Below, one piece after another: positions 31,401 through 42,200 of a stretch of DNA of 59,930 nt; position 1 is the first letter of the stretch, and each line of letters begins with the position of its first letter. The position numbers and the translations under genes are program-made. Source of the DNA: Fibrobacterales bacterium (GTDB lineage Bacteria > Fibrobacterota > Fibrobacteria > Fibrobacterales > JAOPTW01); NCBI GenBank assembly GCA_051532055.1, contig JAOPTX010000053.1, forward strand, positions 1 through 59,930. The letters run 5' to 3'. Below the pieces are notes generated by a model. The model was not told the origin of the DNA. It ran no database searches and was given only the letters and a program-made list of their open reading frames with translations.

Positions 31401-32573
31401 TGCATTCGCGGTAGGGCGACCACTGCCCACACATGGATTACACGGCAGGTAGTTGTCTTTTTCTTCAGCTAAAAAGTCTTTTACATAGCGTCCCATATAC
31501 CCAGGGCCTTCAGCGAGTGTCGTAAATTGATCATCGGTAAACATAATTGACTCAAACGCATTATCAAATGCCCACGCAGTCCAACTCATATTGTGGTCTT
31601 TCATATACTGTTTAATAAACTGACCAAAGCCATCCTGATCAATCATTTTACCTGACCCATCACAGTTATTAAACGGACAAACGGTGCCATCTTGATAGCC
31701 AAATTCAGTTACAACAACAGGATAATTATTTACGGTTTCTCCTACTTTAGAAGCAAGGGTTGCGTCTTCGTACCAGTGCCATGGATACACATGCAGTGTA
31801 TAGGCGATACGCTCAACAGCGGCAGGATCTTCGATTGGATTATCATTAATGTCTTTGAGCATTTGCGTCCACCACGGTGAACTCACCAGAATAAGATTTT
31901 CTGTTGCTCCAATAGTATTACGTATAAAATCTACCATTGGCTGTGCAATATCATCTTTAAAGGTAGACCATGCAATATCCCCATTTGGTCCACAGTCATC
32001 GGAGCTACAGTTATCATCAGATACTGGTTCGTTATATATTTCGAAAATAACATTTGGATTATTACGGTAGCGGTCTGCTGCCCAGCTCCAGAACTCAGCT
32101 ACTTTTGCCCAACCCATGATAGAGTAGTTCCAGTTATTGATCGCATGATAATCAAGAATACAATAGATATCCTGAAGCTCGCACTCATCAACGGCTGCAT
32201 CAATAAATGACGTCCACTCTTCTGGTGCTTCGTTCCAGCCAGCAAAAGGCCAACCGCCCCCAATAGGATGTATTGGAACGCGTATGAGATTTGAATGCCA
32301 CCCTTTAGATGCATCACTCGCAAGACGAATGGTTGCACGGAGTTGATTTTCTGGTGTATCAGCAAGTTCGTTGCTGTAGTGTCCCGCGATTGGATTACGG
32401 AGTGTCCCAGTAAATTTTGCGTCTGCAATAGATACCCCACGTAATACAACGATATTATCATCACTATCACACAGTGTGTTCTCACAACGATGTAATTTCG
32501 ATACCGCCCCTTGTACCGCAGTAACAGTCCCACATATTAATGCCAGTATTAGTACTATTTTCTTTATTTTCAA
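28419..32573 (-). CDS. Modular secreted GH5 glycoside hydrolase (GH5-PKD-CBM4/9-FN3x4-CBM6-like-FN3-CBM4/9)
   Basis: Signal peptide; FEIYNEP acid/base, LHVY, VVTEFG nucleophile; five D.E.PS.P...W....DN FN3 repeats; TTG start. Confidence 0.9.
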   Translation of the reverse strand: MKIKKIVLILALICGTVTAVQGAVSKLHRCENTLCDSDDNIVVLRGVSIADAKFTGTLRNPIAGHYSNELADTPENQLRATIRLASDASKGWHSNLIRVPIHPIGGGWPFAGWNEAPEEWTSFIDAAVDECELQDIYCILDYHAINNWNYSIMGWAKVAEFWSWAADRYRNNPNVIFEIYNEPVSDDNCSSDDCGPNGDIAWSTFKDDIAQPMVDFIRNTIGATENLILVSSPWWTQMLKDINDNPIEDPAAVERIAYTLHVYPWHWYEDATLASKVGETVNNYPVVVTEFGYQDGTVCPFNNCDGSGKMIDQDGFGQFIKQYMKDHNMSWTAWAFDNAFESIMFTDDQFTTLAEGPGYMGRYVKDFLAEEKDNYLPCNPCVGSGRPTANAGVDQVIIDSDQLPGEPVTLSGSAVDTDGTIEQYEWKEADVVLGTGASIAIALDDGIHTISLTVTDNDGRTHTDNVLINVQGSTFEPCTNILTNSSFDDGMTGWDNWVEGTSGQGTFTEQSGELHADITQAGLDWQIQVWNSTSIESGKEYVVKYRARATGVRDLILMIEQNGAPYQAVTSAAHTLSTTMTQYSHTFTSAFSFADLKVGFKLGGNGTNDVIIDDVVFAETESCIPQDAEAPSIPQNVALTTATLNSLEISWNPSTDNTAVVGYDVYVGTALVQSVNTPNTTLDGLTIDSEYAIQIVAKDAAGNRSAKSSAQLFRTLSDSEAPSVPAGLVAGTVTHSTIALQWNASTDNVAVEGYNLYINGTLARTLSNVLSTVVSGLTPETLYSITVSAIDVAENESVQGSAVVVTTDVAPDVEAPSQPGPIVATGVSMTTVDVAWTAATDNVGVESYQIFVNGGYYNEVTNLFATVISLSYNTEYSITVYALDAARNISSVSAALVVTTEADTEAPTAPVITTASTTGMTTVDVAWTASQDNIFVEKYIVYVDGVEVQDAGTALNITLSGLTANTEYSIQVEAVDPSDNRSGLSSEVLVTTDEKPLQEALLIQAESYSTKHSSIQSEVTADIGGGENIGWTAAGRWVSFSNQTLAPGQWKLETRLATWESNRSFDLLIDGVKATTFTKGSATYTGSGSKYQTWNTAESGTFTIANGDQHTVRLNFTTGSQNINWIRFVPVIPDTEKPSVVNGVSEAGVTASTVSLNWNAASDNVGVTAYAVYQDGLLVTTVSGTSASVTGLQALTSYGFSVEAIDAAGNRSSTQSAALTITTSEVRLINLLSNGDFSGGTSGWECSNYGGAATCAVLSGQYAIAISNPGTSDWNVQPKQAGFTLETGKTYTFAYDGKASVSRLANIKIETDGSPWTDYTNIGSGAALATAMQRYVYTFTMTQTAAARVVLNIGNNGANTVTVDNMWLVEGTTDPCGATVGCSE

Positions 32574-32820
32574 TTCGCCCTCGATTGTTATCCCAGTTTA
32601 TAGTGCCCGCAAAGGTAGGAATTTCTTGGCTACAGCTCTTTCTGTTACTATCAATTTTACACTGGGAGACCATTACGCGACACCGTCTCATACTCCCCCT
32701 AAAAAGGGTATTAATTTTTAGTTATTTCACCCAACTATTTGTATTTTTTTAAACGTCAACTCTTGTTATATATTAATTCACTCCACCATTTTAATCGCTC
32801 CTATCCAATAAGGACTATTC

Positions 32821-33291
32821 ATGAGAACCCTTTCACTTCTGATTCCCCCACCTCTCGTCATGACTCTTTTTGGGGCACTTCAATGGGGCGTTACCCCCAC
32901 TCCTTTTCTATTCCCCTCCTCATCATCTCTTTTTTGGGTTTGCATAGGGCTTCTTCTTTTTCTGTCGGCAGTGTTTGGCCTTGGCGGAGTCATTCAATTT
33001 ATACGAGCGAAAACAACCGTAAACCCGCTGAAGCCCGAAACAACCTCATCACTCGTCACCTCAGGTCTTTACGCGCTAACCCGCAACCCTATGTATGTGA
33101 GTTTCTTATTCCTATTATGTACTTTGGGAATGTTCCTCTACTCTCTGTTAGCCATAATCCCGATTGTTGGTTTTATACTCTACCTCAATCGTTTTCAGAT
33201 TATCCCTGAAGAGTCGTATCTCAAAAAATTGTATGGCGAAACCTTCAGTGATTACTGTAAGACAACGCCTCGTTGGTTATTTTTAAAATAG
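32821..33291 (+). CDS. Isoprenylcysteine carboxyl methyltransferase/PEMT family membrane protein
   Basis: TTVNP, LVTSGLYALTRNPMY, FQIIPEE, TPRW. Confidence 0.9.
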   Translation: MRTLSLLIPPPLVMTLFGALQWGVTPTPFLFPSSSSLFWVCIGLLLFLSAVFGLGGVIQFIRAKTTVNPLKPETTSSLVTSGLYALTRNPMYVSFLFLLCTLGMFLYSLLAIIPIVGFILYLNRFQIIPEESYLKKLYGETFSDYCKTTPRWLFLK

Positions 33292-33328
33292 CACTCATCA
33301 GTACTCATCAACACTCACCAATATACTG

Positions 33329-36300
33329 TTATTTTCTTACGTAGCCAAAGCGCCTAATAAACGAACTCATAGGCGTGACTCCACCAGGAAAGTAATAGTT
33401 CACTTCGAGAATGGCGATATAGACACCAGTGCCCACGAGTCGTCCTCGACTACTCACGGGCTCCCACCCAAGCCACAGCCAGTGTGCCTTGTCTGGATCA
33501 GTACAGTCCCCATCAAAGAGTTTTGGATCACTACACTCAACAATATTGTGAGCACTTGATACATACCCTCCGATAGTACTATACACTATGATAGAGTATC
33601 CAATTGAAAGCTCACTTTTTAAGGATTCATATTCAAAAGTACTCAGGGTATCTTCATCAATCTGAGAGAGCACCATATCGAGCATATTGGCAGAAATGAC
33701 AATACCTACCTCATCAAAATCCTTACGCGCTTCTTCTACCACTTCTTCTAATGAACTATTGGGATCATCAGGAGAAATCCCCCGCAGGATAAACGATGAA
33801 TTGTCTCTATCGTGAAACCGTTCTAACACCTCTTCTGGATTATCATACTCTTTGAGAGCAACAGCACCACTCAAAGGAGTTACCGTCCCCGTAATCATAA
33901 TACTCAGCGCATGGTCGCTCGGTCTGTTTCCATGAATATCAGCGATGTATCCTCTCCCTACAACAAATGAGAGACTATCGCCGGGTGAAATCTGAAACTC
34001 TTTTTTAACTGAAGGATCATAATTGAGCCCATGCTCACTCTGCTCACCATTCAAGGTGATTACACTCTGCTCAGCCCTCAGCTGATGCTCTTCTGCATCT
34101 TTATATCTATGTCGAAACAAATAGTGTTCTCTGCCCTCTTTCTTACGGTCATTCTCTTCTACGGGCTCAGACAGTACTACCATCAGTACATCCCCTTCGG
34201 GCCGCTGAAACACTTCGGCGGTTACCAGAACCGGTGCCATACCGTCTTGCATCTCTATTGTATACTCGGCATCATCTTCTTCAGTCAGAGATGCAACCTC
34301 TATTTCGGCTTCAATAAAGGCATCATCTACGATACTTGTGGTGAAAGGCCGACAATCAATATCGTCAGAGAGATCCCAATAGGCCCGTCGCTCATCATCC
34401 GGGTCTGGGTGCCACTGGGAGGGTTTCACCTTGAACGACACGGTAGAATCTTCGCTATTGATCCACTTAAAATGCGCCGTGACCTCAGCAATATTATCAC
34501 CGATAATCACATCATTAAACAAAAGCTCAACACGGTCCATGATACCATCCTCATTAGTATCCCTAAAGTAGTGTCCTTCTTTTACTGGTTGCACCGGCCA
34601 GCCACCGATAACCCTGGGCATATTAGGGTTCCCCGGCCCATTACTCTTAAGATCAACCATATCAGTACGGTGATCGATTGCAATACTATCCCCCACAGCA
34701 AGGGAATATTTTTCTGCATCAATTGCAAAATCCCAAACGCGTTTTTTCGTGTACGACTCAGTATCCGTTGCGCTAACCGATGCACCCTCTATTAAAAAGA
34801 GCGCCTTTTGTACTTCCACCTCAGTGACGGGTTCAGAAAAAACAACCCGCACCGTATCGTGTGTATCCTCTCCATCTTTTTTAAGATAGGCACGCCGAAT
34901 CACCGGCCCAATCTCATCTTCAATTTCTTTCGAGTCTTCGAATACTGTATCACCTCTTTTATAAAACTGTACGGTCACTTCACCATGAACATCGGTTGCG
35001 ACATCATCAGCACCCGATGTAAAGGTATCAATGATCACTAATCGAGCACTGTTTGTAGGGTCAATAGTCCAGGTATCTGAATCATACTCCGTCTCGACAC
35101 AGCTCTTATCTGATACTCCCAGACAAATGGTGAGCTCCTTAGGGTCGCCTGACCAATTCTTAAAAATGACGACTAAACTATCGGCATAGCCATCCTTGAC
35201 CTCACTCACCCGCTCCCCTTTGGTAACAACTCCCGAATCAAAGAGCCTAACCGACTCAATAGAAGGTGTTGGGATTTCAGTAAATATAAGGAGAGGTGAC
35301 AATGCACTCTGCTCTTGATCAATCCGGGTCCCCTTGCCTGAATACTCAACTGATATGCGCAGATTATCGACACTCATTTCGCGCTCCATAGGAAGGACGG
35401 TGAAGGAAAAACGTCCCTGAGAGAGTGACTCGTTAAAAGGTTCAAGGTGTGCGTCTTCTCCCTCTGCAATAGAGAGGATTATGGCGTCATTACACGACTC
35501 ACAGAGTATCCGAGTACTATCATAGTCATAATCATAGATCTCCCCATAGAGCACTACTGCACTGTCAACCCGGGAGTAAATATCGTCATCAGACAGAGGG
35601 GTACCCAAAGAGTCGGTAAATACTATCTCGTATGGATACCGATCGGGTACCACAAACGATACTGACCCCTGATACTCAGTACTCTCGGTTGATGACTCTG
35701 AACGATGGATGAGATAATAGGTATGTCCAATTTCGAGCCTCTTAAGCTTTCCACGCTCTATGGTAAACTGGTATTTATTATTATCAATAGTGATACCGTC
35801 AAAATAAGTGTCACCGTGGTGTAACTGTATATCTTTTGATGTGCTTAATGTCTTTGAAACTGAAGAGAGGTCGAGGGTAGCATCATAGCTCAAATAAAAC
35901 TCTGATTCTTTTACTACTTCTCCTCCTTTGACATGGCACCCATTACCAAGAGATTTACCAGGCACCACATCATAATGAATAGCATCATCGGTTATATGAC
36001 CATATTCGGGCGGCATATCAAAGTCGATATCGGTTTGAATCTGTAGGTTTGAGGCAAGGGTATGTCGCTCACAGTAGAAGAGATCAAATTCATGGCTACT
36101 TCCGGCTGCTGCCCCACCTCGTTCGTTAAACAGCTGATCCAGATGCAGGGTCTCCCAAATAGGAGTATGGGTCCCGCCAAGGTCGACTGCTAGTTGTCCA
36201 TCAATAAAAATCCATAGGTCATCGTCACCATTAAAGGTAAACTGTTGACCCGGTCTATAATCAAACGTAAGCTCCGTTTTCATACAGTAGTGATAATTGT

Positions 36301-36865
36301 GAATGTACCCTGTTGTTGTTGCTTGGGGTTCATCATGGCGAGAAGAGTAGTGCTGATTCATTTGGTTTTTACCATTACGCACCTTATGAGTATTTTCCCA
36401 AAAGTCATCAAGGGGAAAGAACCCACTCTGTAGATCGATCTTCTCTGGGGAATTAGTTGGAGAATCATAGAACTGAGTGAGAGCGGTATATTCATATACC
36501 TTGTCGTGATCATTGTAATCGAGTTCAAGGTCGATACAGGTATAGTTTGAAGAGTCGACCTCTGGGCGAAACCATTCAGTCACGCGCTCGGCCCGGCAGT
36601 TATGACTGTCCCAAGAGTCAACCTTAACGGGTAACCGTTCATCATTGAGCCACTCACCAACCAGCCCCTTTGTGGGGCTGCCATTAAGCCCACAATCAGT
36701 ATCAAACTGAAAGGCGTCACCTAAGTCACCCGCATTCCAGTCATAGAATTCGGCGGGAAGCCGTGTCGTTAATAAGTGTTGTGTAGAATCACCCTCTGCA
36801 GAATAGAGTGAAGAAATTGCCATAAGCAACGAAATAGCGATTCCGCTATAGCGTAAAGTAAACAT
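33329..36865 (-). CDS. Fibro-slime domain protein
   Basis: Signal peptide; GFFPLD, HNYHYC, FTFNGDDDLWIFIDGQLAVDLGGTH, FYCERH; C-terminal GRLVGTGVY. Confidence 0.88.
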   Translation of the reverse strand: MFTLRYSGIAISLLMAISSLYSAEGDSTQHLLTTRLPAEFYDWNAGDLGDAFQFDTDCGLNGSPTKGLVGEWLNDERLPVKVDSWDSHNCRAERVTEWFRPEVDSSNYTCIDLELDYNDHDKVYEYTALTQFYDSPTNSPEKIDLQSGFFPLDDFWENTHKVRNGKNQMNQHYSSRHDEPQATTTGYIHNYHYCMKTELTFDYRPGQQFTFNGDDDLWIFIDGQLAVDLGGTHTPIWETLHLDQLFNERGGAAAGSSHEFDLFYCERHTLASNLQIQTDIDFDMPPEYGHITDDAIHYDVVPGKSLGNGCHVKGGEVVKESEFYLSYDATLDLSSVSKTLSTSKDIQLHHGDTYFDGITIDNNKYQFTIERGKLKRLEIGHTYYLIHRSESSTESTEYQGSVSFVVPDRYPYEIVFTDSLGTPLSDDDIYSRVDSAVVLYGEIYDYDYDSTRILCESCNDAIILSIAEGEDAHLEPFNESLSQGRFSFTVLPMEREMSVDNLRISVEYSGKGTRIDQEQSALSPLLIFTEIPTPSIESVRLFDSGVVTKGERVSEVKDGYADSLVVIFKNWSGDPKELTICLGVSDKSCVETEYDSDTWTIDPTNSARLVIIDTFTSGADDVATDVHGEVTVQFYKRGDTVFEDSKEIEDEIGPVIRRAYLKKDGEDTHDTVRVVFSEPVTEVEVQKALFLIEGASVSATDTESYTKKRVWDFAIDAEKYSLAVGDSIAIDHRTDMVDLKSNGPGNPNMPRVIGGWPVQPVKEGHYFRDTNEDGIMDRVELLFNDVIIGDNIAEVTAHFKWINSEDSTVSFKVKPSQWHPDPDDERRAYWDLSDDIDCRPFTTSIVDDAFIEAEIEVASLTEEDDAEYTIEMQDGMAPVLVTAEVFQRPEGDVLMVVLSEPVEENDRKKEGREHYLFRHRYKDAEEHQLRAEQSVITLNGEQSEHGLNYDPSVKKEFQISPGDSLSFVVGRGYIADIHGNRPSDHALSIMITGTVTPLSGAVALKEYDNPEEVLERFHDRDNSSFILRGISPDDPNSSLEEVVEEARKDFDEVGIVISANMLDMVLSQIDEDTLSTFEYESLKSELSIGYSIIVYSTIGGYVSSAHNIVECSDPKLFDGDCTDPDKAHWLWLGWEPVSSRGRLVGTGVYIAILEVNYYFPGGVTPMSSFIRRFGYVRK

Positions 36866-37096
36866 GATGCCCCGTCCGTTTACTGTGTGTTGTCAGAAAT
36901 CAAACCTTCCCCAAGTACCCATTGATCTCTGATGTGCTTATTTCTCTAGGTGCACTAATTTAGGAAGATGTACAATCAATTTCAAACAAAGAATTGTAAA
37001 ATCTACAGTACCCCACGAGGGAGAACGTGTATACAAAACGAGTACAGAAATTTTTATTATGGCTTTAACTAAAATAGGCTCAAAAGAAAGCAGAAA

Positions 37097-37498
37097 CTAC
37101 ATAAATTCTTTGCGTAACTCTTCGGGAATTCGCTCAACATTACTTTCACGAGGACCGACTCGTTCGCCTGTTGGCTCGGTAGTCGTCGCGATATGATTCG
37201 CATTAGGAAAGTCAGACCGCAAATTTGCATAGACGCGCTCTTCATTACGAAGGATATCTAAGAAATAGGGCATTTGGTCAATGTGACGATTTATGGAGGC
37301 AAAGCTCCCGTCTTCATTACAACTTGGTAAACGGGTAGTAGCATAGGGAGCCGCAAACATTATGATCATTTGTTGTCCATCGGCACCAGAACATTCGATA
37401 TACGCCTGGGAATGGCGACTTCCGCCCATATATGAGCCATCAAGGTCAAAGCCCATCCGTACAGTGTAGTCTATTATTTCATAAGTGATATGTGCCAT
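37097..37498 (-). CDS. Hypothetical protein
   Basis: 133-aa ORF with GGAG RBS; no recognised motif. Confidence 0.7.
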   Translation of the reverse strand: MAHITYEIIDYTVRMGFDLDGSYMGGSRHSQAYIECSGADGQQMIIMFAAPYATTRLPSCNEDGSFASINRHIDQMPYFLDILRNEERVYANLRSDFPNANHIATTTEPTGERVGPRESNVERIPEELRKEFM

Positions 37499-37660
37499 AG
37501 CTATCTCCGATCAATTAAGGGCCTTTCGGTCGATAATTGACTTCTGTGGTAAAACCGAAGGTCGTTATGTAAATATACTTAAGAATGGGTAGAATAAAAG
37601 TAAACAGTAGTTTGCATTTGTATCTGGTGATAAGGAAAATAAGTATGTGGATGGCATATC

Positions 37661-37697
37661 AAGGCGCCAGAGTGAGACTTATAGCGCTGGGCGCCTT
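37661..37697. terminator. GC-rich inverted repeat, possible terminator
   Basis: AAGGCGCC (37661-37668)/GGCGCCTT (37690-37697). Confidence 0.35.
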
Positions 37698-37763
37698 AAT
37701 GCTCTTCTTTGTATCTGCATTTTTCCTATTAATACGGCTCATTTAACACTATCTCAGCATGTA

Positions 37764-38891
37764 TCACCTAAGTGCACATGCACCCGGCTCAACAGCCCAT
37801 TCTTTTCTTAAGAAGATAACCCGTTGCGCTTCATAATCAATATTGATAAGTATTTCAGAAATACCCTCGCATTCGTATCCTATTTCAGAACCAATACCGA
37901 TCGTTCGTGGTTCATAAGAACCCACAGGCCATCTCGATTCCCCTATGATATCTATACTGTCAGGTCTGATTTCTTTTATCATTGCAGGGGCTCCAACCTC
38001 CATTACCGTATATTCAAAATCACCTACGGTTAAATAATATGAACGAAGTTCTACCACATTTTGGGGATTCAAACTTATAACCCCATAGTTTGTAATTAAA
38101 TAACTGCCCGTAGAAGAGTATTGCTGTTCTGTAGTGACAGAGCAATTACCCCCGGTGCATTGTTTCTCTACTATGTTTTCATTGGCGTCACCAAAATCAA
38201 AAAAGAACTCGGTATACGCTCTATCATTACTCACATTTTGATAAAATTTCACATTACGCGATTTGTGGGTATACACTCTCTCATCAGATGAGCTCAAGCT
38301 TACATTTTGTTGAGGACTATCCGTACAGACCACTTCATCTAATAATAAAACACCTCGACTTCCGCTCGTACGCCAATTCCCTTGTTTCGTTAACAAACTA
38401 TATCCAGTGCCTGTTGCCCTACTCACCTCAATCGATGATGCATACAGATAGCCGTTATCCTCACAAAACCGTTGCGCTGTTGCTTCTACAGTAGTCATAC
38501 CCACAAGACATCCAATTGGATACATAAGGCCATTTGCAGTTATTTGATTACGTGCACGGGTAAATGTTTCATAGGGAGCGTGTATGCGACAATCATTAGG
38601 TGCCACTTCACACTCTTTTTTATCAATTGGTTCAGGATCCATATCCGCTGAGCTCTCAAAATCTACAGTGCAATCCCAATCCAAACGGATATCTTCACTA
38701 CTTGATTCTTCAACAGAACTAGAATAAGTATCACCACTTGATGGACAGGATTCGGATGAATGGGGATAATCCTCAGGTATTGTACTTCGGTCTTCATTGA
38801 CTCCTTCAGGGTCAATACTTGCAGGGTCTTCTGTTATACATCCGCTCAGAAATGCGAGTACTATACATAGGCTTAAAATTAAATACTTCAT
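37764..38891 (-). CDS. Hypothetical Cys-rich lipoprotein
   Basis: Lipobox FLSGC, Ser-rich linker, multiple Cys. Confidence 0.75.
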   Translation of the reverse strand: MKYLILSLCIVLAFLSGCITEDPASIDPEGVNEDRSTIPEDYPHSSESCPSSGDTYSSSVEESSSEDIRLDWDCTVDFESSADMDPEPIDKKECEVAPNDCRIHAPYETFTRARNQITANGLMYPIGCLVGMTTVEATAQRFCEDNGYLYASSIEVSRATGTGYSLLTKQGNWRTSGSRGVLLLDEVVCTDSPQQNVSLSSSDERVYTHKSRNVKFYQNVSNDRAYTEFFFDFGDANENIVEKQCTGGNCSVTTEQQYSSTGSYLITNYGVISLNPQNVVELRSYYLTVGDFEYTVMEVGAPAMIKEIRPDSIDIIGESRWPVGSYEPRTIGIGSEIGYECEGISEILINIDYEAQRVIFLRKEWAVEPGACALR

Positions 38892-39204
38892 ATTATAACC
38901 TTTTATCTAATTAGTTAGTTTTGAATTAATAAGTGTACCGGTAATGGTGTACATGGTAAAGGTATATTAGAGTATTTCGACAGGATATAGTGAGAAGGAA
39001 TTGATCGGGATTAGTGGGGTCAAAATGCTCTCTCTTTGACCCTACTTATTTTGATTGTGGAATTGTTTCTTTAGAACACAGAATTAACATCAGAAAATAA
39101 ATGGGGGGATTACATAATTCCGATAGTGGCAGCAGTGAACTTCACCTAAATAGGAATGTATTGATGCCTTTTTGTGTCATGCGCAAGGTATACTCTTACA
39201 TCTC

Positions 39205-42200
39205 TTATTCCAGACATTGAAATTCTTGCCGTACAATCCCCATCTTGTCAGTAAAGTCAATTGTTTCACCAGATTCGAACTGAATAATCACACGCCAGAA
39301 ATACACTCCTGCGCCTGCAAGGCGACCATGACTATCCTGCATGTTCCAAACGAGATCGTGTATAAAAAAGTTCTCTAAATCACTCTGGCTTTTACGCTCT
39401 TCATTTTCAAAATCTTCACAATACCCAAATCGCTGTGTCCAGTTATGCATAAACTGCCCGAGATGATCATATACAAATACGGATACTGTGTAAGCTCCCT
39501 GATCCTTAAAGGTACCGATTACCAGTGATGCAAGGCAATCCCTATCAAAGGGAATCAGTTCTTGTGTATCGGTACACTCTTCATCCTCAACAAACGCTCC
39601 AAATGAGTTATTGTGGTAATTATATGGGGGCACCCAATGATCGCCGAGGACCGCTGTGCCGTATAGTATCTCATCAAGACGATCACCATCCAGGTCATAG
39701 ACGGGAACCAAATCCGTTGATACTGTAGGATCCGTTGAGTTTTGCACTCCTATTACCGATGTACGAAACTCTGAACTTGTGTGTCCTCTCGAATTTTCAC
39801 TTCCTTCAATTTCGACTGAAACCGGCATCGCACTATTGCCTTCAGTATCCGTTACTTCTGTTTCGGAACTGAATGAAATTCTGTCGCCAATCCTAATAAT
39901 AGTCGCAGTTACCGCTGTATCAAGAATAATTTTGAATGAATAGAGATCATCACCCTCCTCAGGTTTCTCTAAAAGAGAAAGGGTGTAGGGGCTCCCGGAT
40001 TCAGGATACATAGTAAACATGCTCTCCCAGTTTTCTTTGGGGAGAATCACTTCTTCTGATAGATATACCATTAAGGTATCCGGTTGCCGGCAATACGTAT
40101 ACTCACCGTTTTCATCTTTCACCGCATATTGAAGGGCTTGTGCCGGATGTTTACTCGACTCTACAACCATTGGGCCTATTTTATCTTCAATTGCAACTGA
40201 ACTCTTTCCATAGGTTAAAAATGGTGGTTCCACAGGGTCTGGCTGAGTTGCGGTGGTGAACGCGTCTTCAAGAACAATGCGTATTGTTAAGGAATCTATA
40301 ATTCCAACACTTTTTTTGTCGGCAGTAATGTTGTTCGCTCCTTCACGGGGCCAGTCAATTGAGGTAATATCATAGAGTAGTTCAGTTATCGGAGAATCGA
40401 AAGAGATAATAATCGTTTCGGCAGTTCCATCTTCATTGGTATCATATATCTCAGTTTTAATAATTTCTGGATCTGGAACTGGGTCCGGATCCGGAAGACA
40501 GTCTAAAACAGTAACCGTAGTCTGTGCAGGACAATATTGATCAGGATCCCAATCGAAGCTTGCCTCTTGTTTTATCGCATTATTATATCGCACGGTATAA
40601 GTAGTGGTTACTTCAGGGCTCACTTCTAGTGAAGCCTCTGTTTTTGTAGTGGTGGTCCCATTTTCTTCATACTGCCAATCGTAAAATGTTCCTCTCCCTT
40701 CTGCAGAAAGAGTGACAGTCTCCCCTCTGCAAATGGACTGGTCTTCAGACGCCTCAACATCACATTCTCCGCAGTTCTCCATTGTTATTTCAATTTCCTT
40801 CTCCATTTTGCAGTGTCCATCATCATATGCTACATGAAAAAGTGCATCTTCGTGTACTGTTACTTTGGGTGACATCACCTGTATGTCATTTCTCAACTCA
40901 TCAGATGTCCAGAGATACCGCTCATCTATCGAGGTATACGCGTCATCCGAATCACTTACATCATTGAGGGATACCTCAAATCCTGCGCAGGTCTGAATAT
41001 CACCACCGAAATCCTCATCAATGGATTCTACAAATACAGAGAGCGCAATTGTTTTTGTTTCATCACACTCACTCCCTACAATAGTTACTTCAAACAGAAA
41101 TGGCCCCGCTCCTTCACTACTTTGTGGCGTAAACAACTGACTGTCGGGAGAAACAGAATCTACCATATGCATATGGCCCGATGGGCTACTCCAACTATAG
41201 GATCGCCCTCCAGAGGCAATAAGAGGAATTGCACGATCACATGCCAGAGTATAATTATGTTGACCTAAGTTTTTTATTCCTGCATCTCCGGTGAGGGATG
41301 CGAAGTTTGAAAAGTATCCGCCTTTATTCCCTGCATTATGCCCTTCGAGTATGCCAAGGTGAAAGAGTCCGTCACCATCATCCCCACTGGTTTCATTTCT
41401 AATGCGAAGGGTATTTCCACTATCGAGCTCAGTTCTGAATTTGCTCTTATTACTGAAATAGACCCAATCGTCGCCACCGGGAATTGAAACATCAGTAAAA
41501 TCTGCATTCAAAAATGACTGGAATGATGTACCATTGAGACTGTACTTAAATCCATTTTGATTTTGTTTTTTTGTAATCAAATACATATCAAACCGGTCAC
41601 CATTTTTATCGTTATTTTGTGTCCGTACGAGCGTTACATCTCGTGACCCGGTACATACAATGGGTGGTATAAGGTTCCCCCCAATTTCTCGAGGTGATCC
41701 GCTACCATGGAGTACATGCACAACATTGCCCGTTTCTTTAACAGAAAGATAATTGGCATCCTGAGTGAGAGGTATACCGATTATATCGCCCCGTCCTGAA
41801 AGCGAATACTCTGAACCATTATATTCAATGGTAGTGGTACCACTATTGACACTGGTTATAAACGCAGTCTCTCCGGATGTAGTTCCATCACTATACGTAA
41901 GCCCTCCCCGGATTACTATAAACTGATTTCCTGCTAATGCATCGGGAACCAGTTGATCACCAAGAGCATCCGAACCACTCATACCGTCATCTGTCACGCT
42001 ATCATCCTTAAACATAACAACGATTGGTTTACCAGAAACAACTATAGAGCCGCCAACATGCCCACTCGCTTTTGACGATACCGCCGAGGCATTAAATGAC
42101 TGACCTCGATGCAATGTAATGGTGAATGATTCAGCTGCCGGGTATCCGATAATAGCATTTTTAGGGGTGATGGTTATTTCGGTATTATCCTCTGTAGCTA

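Noticed and set aside
32739..33209. Alternative 156-aa ORF overlapping the methyltransferase
   Set aside because: The other frame (32821-33291) carries the family motifs
34031..34795. 254-aa plus-strand ORF
   Set aside because: Antisense shadow of the fibro-slime gene with no recognisable motif
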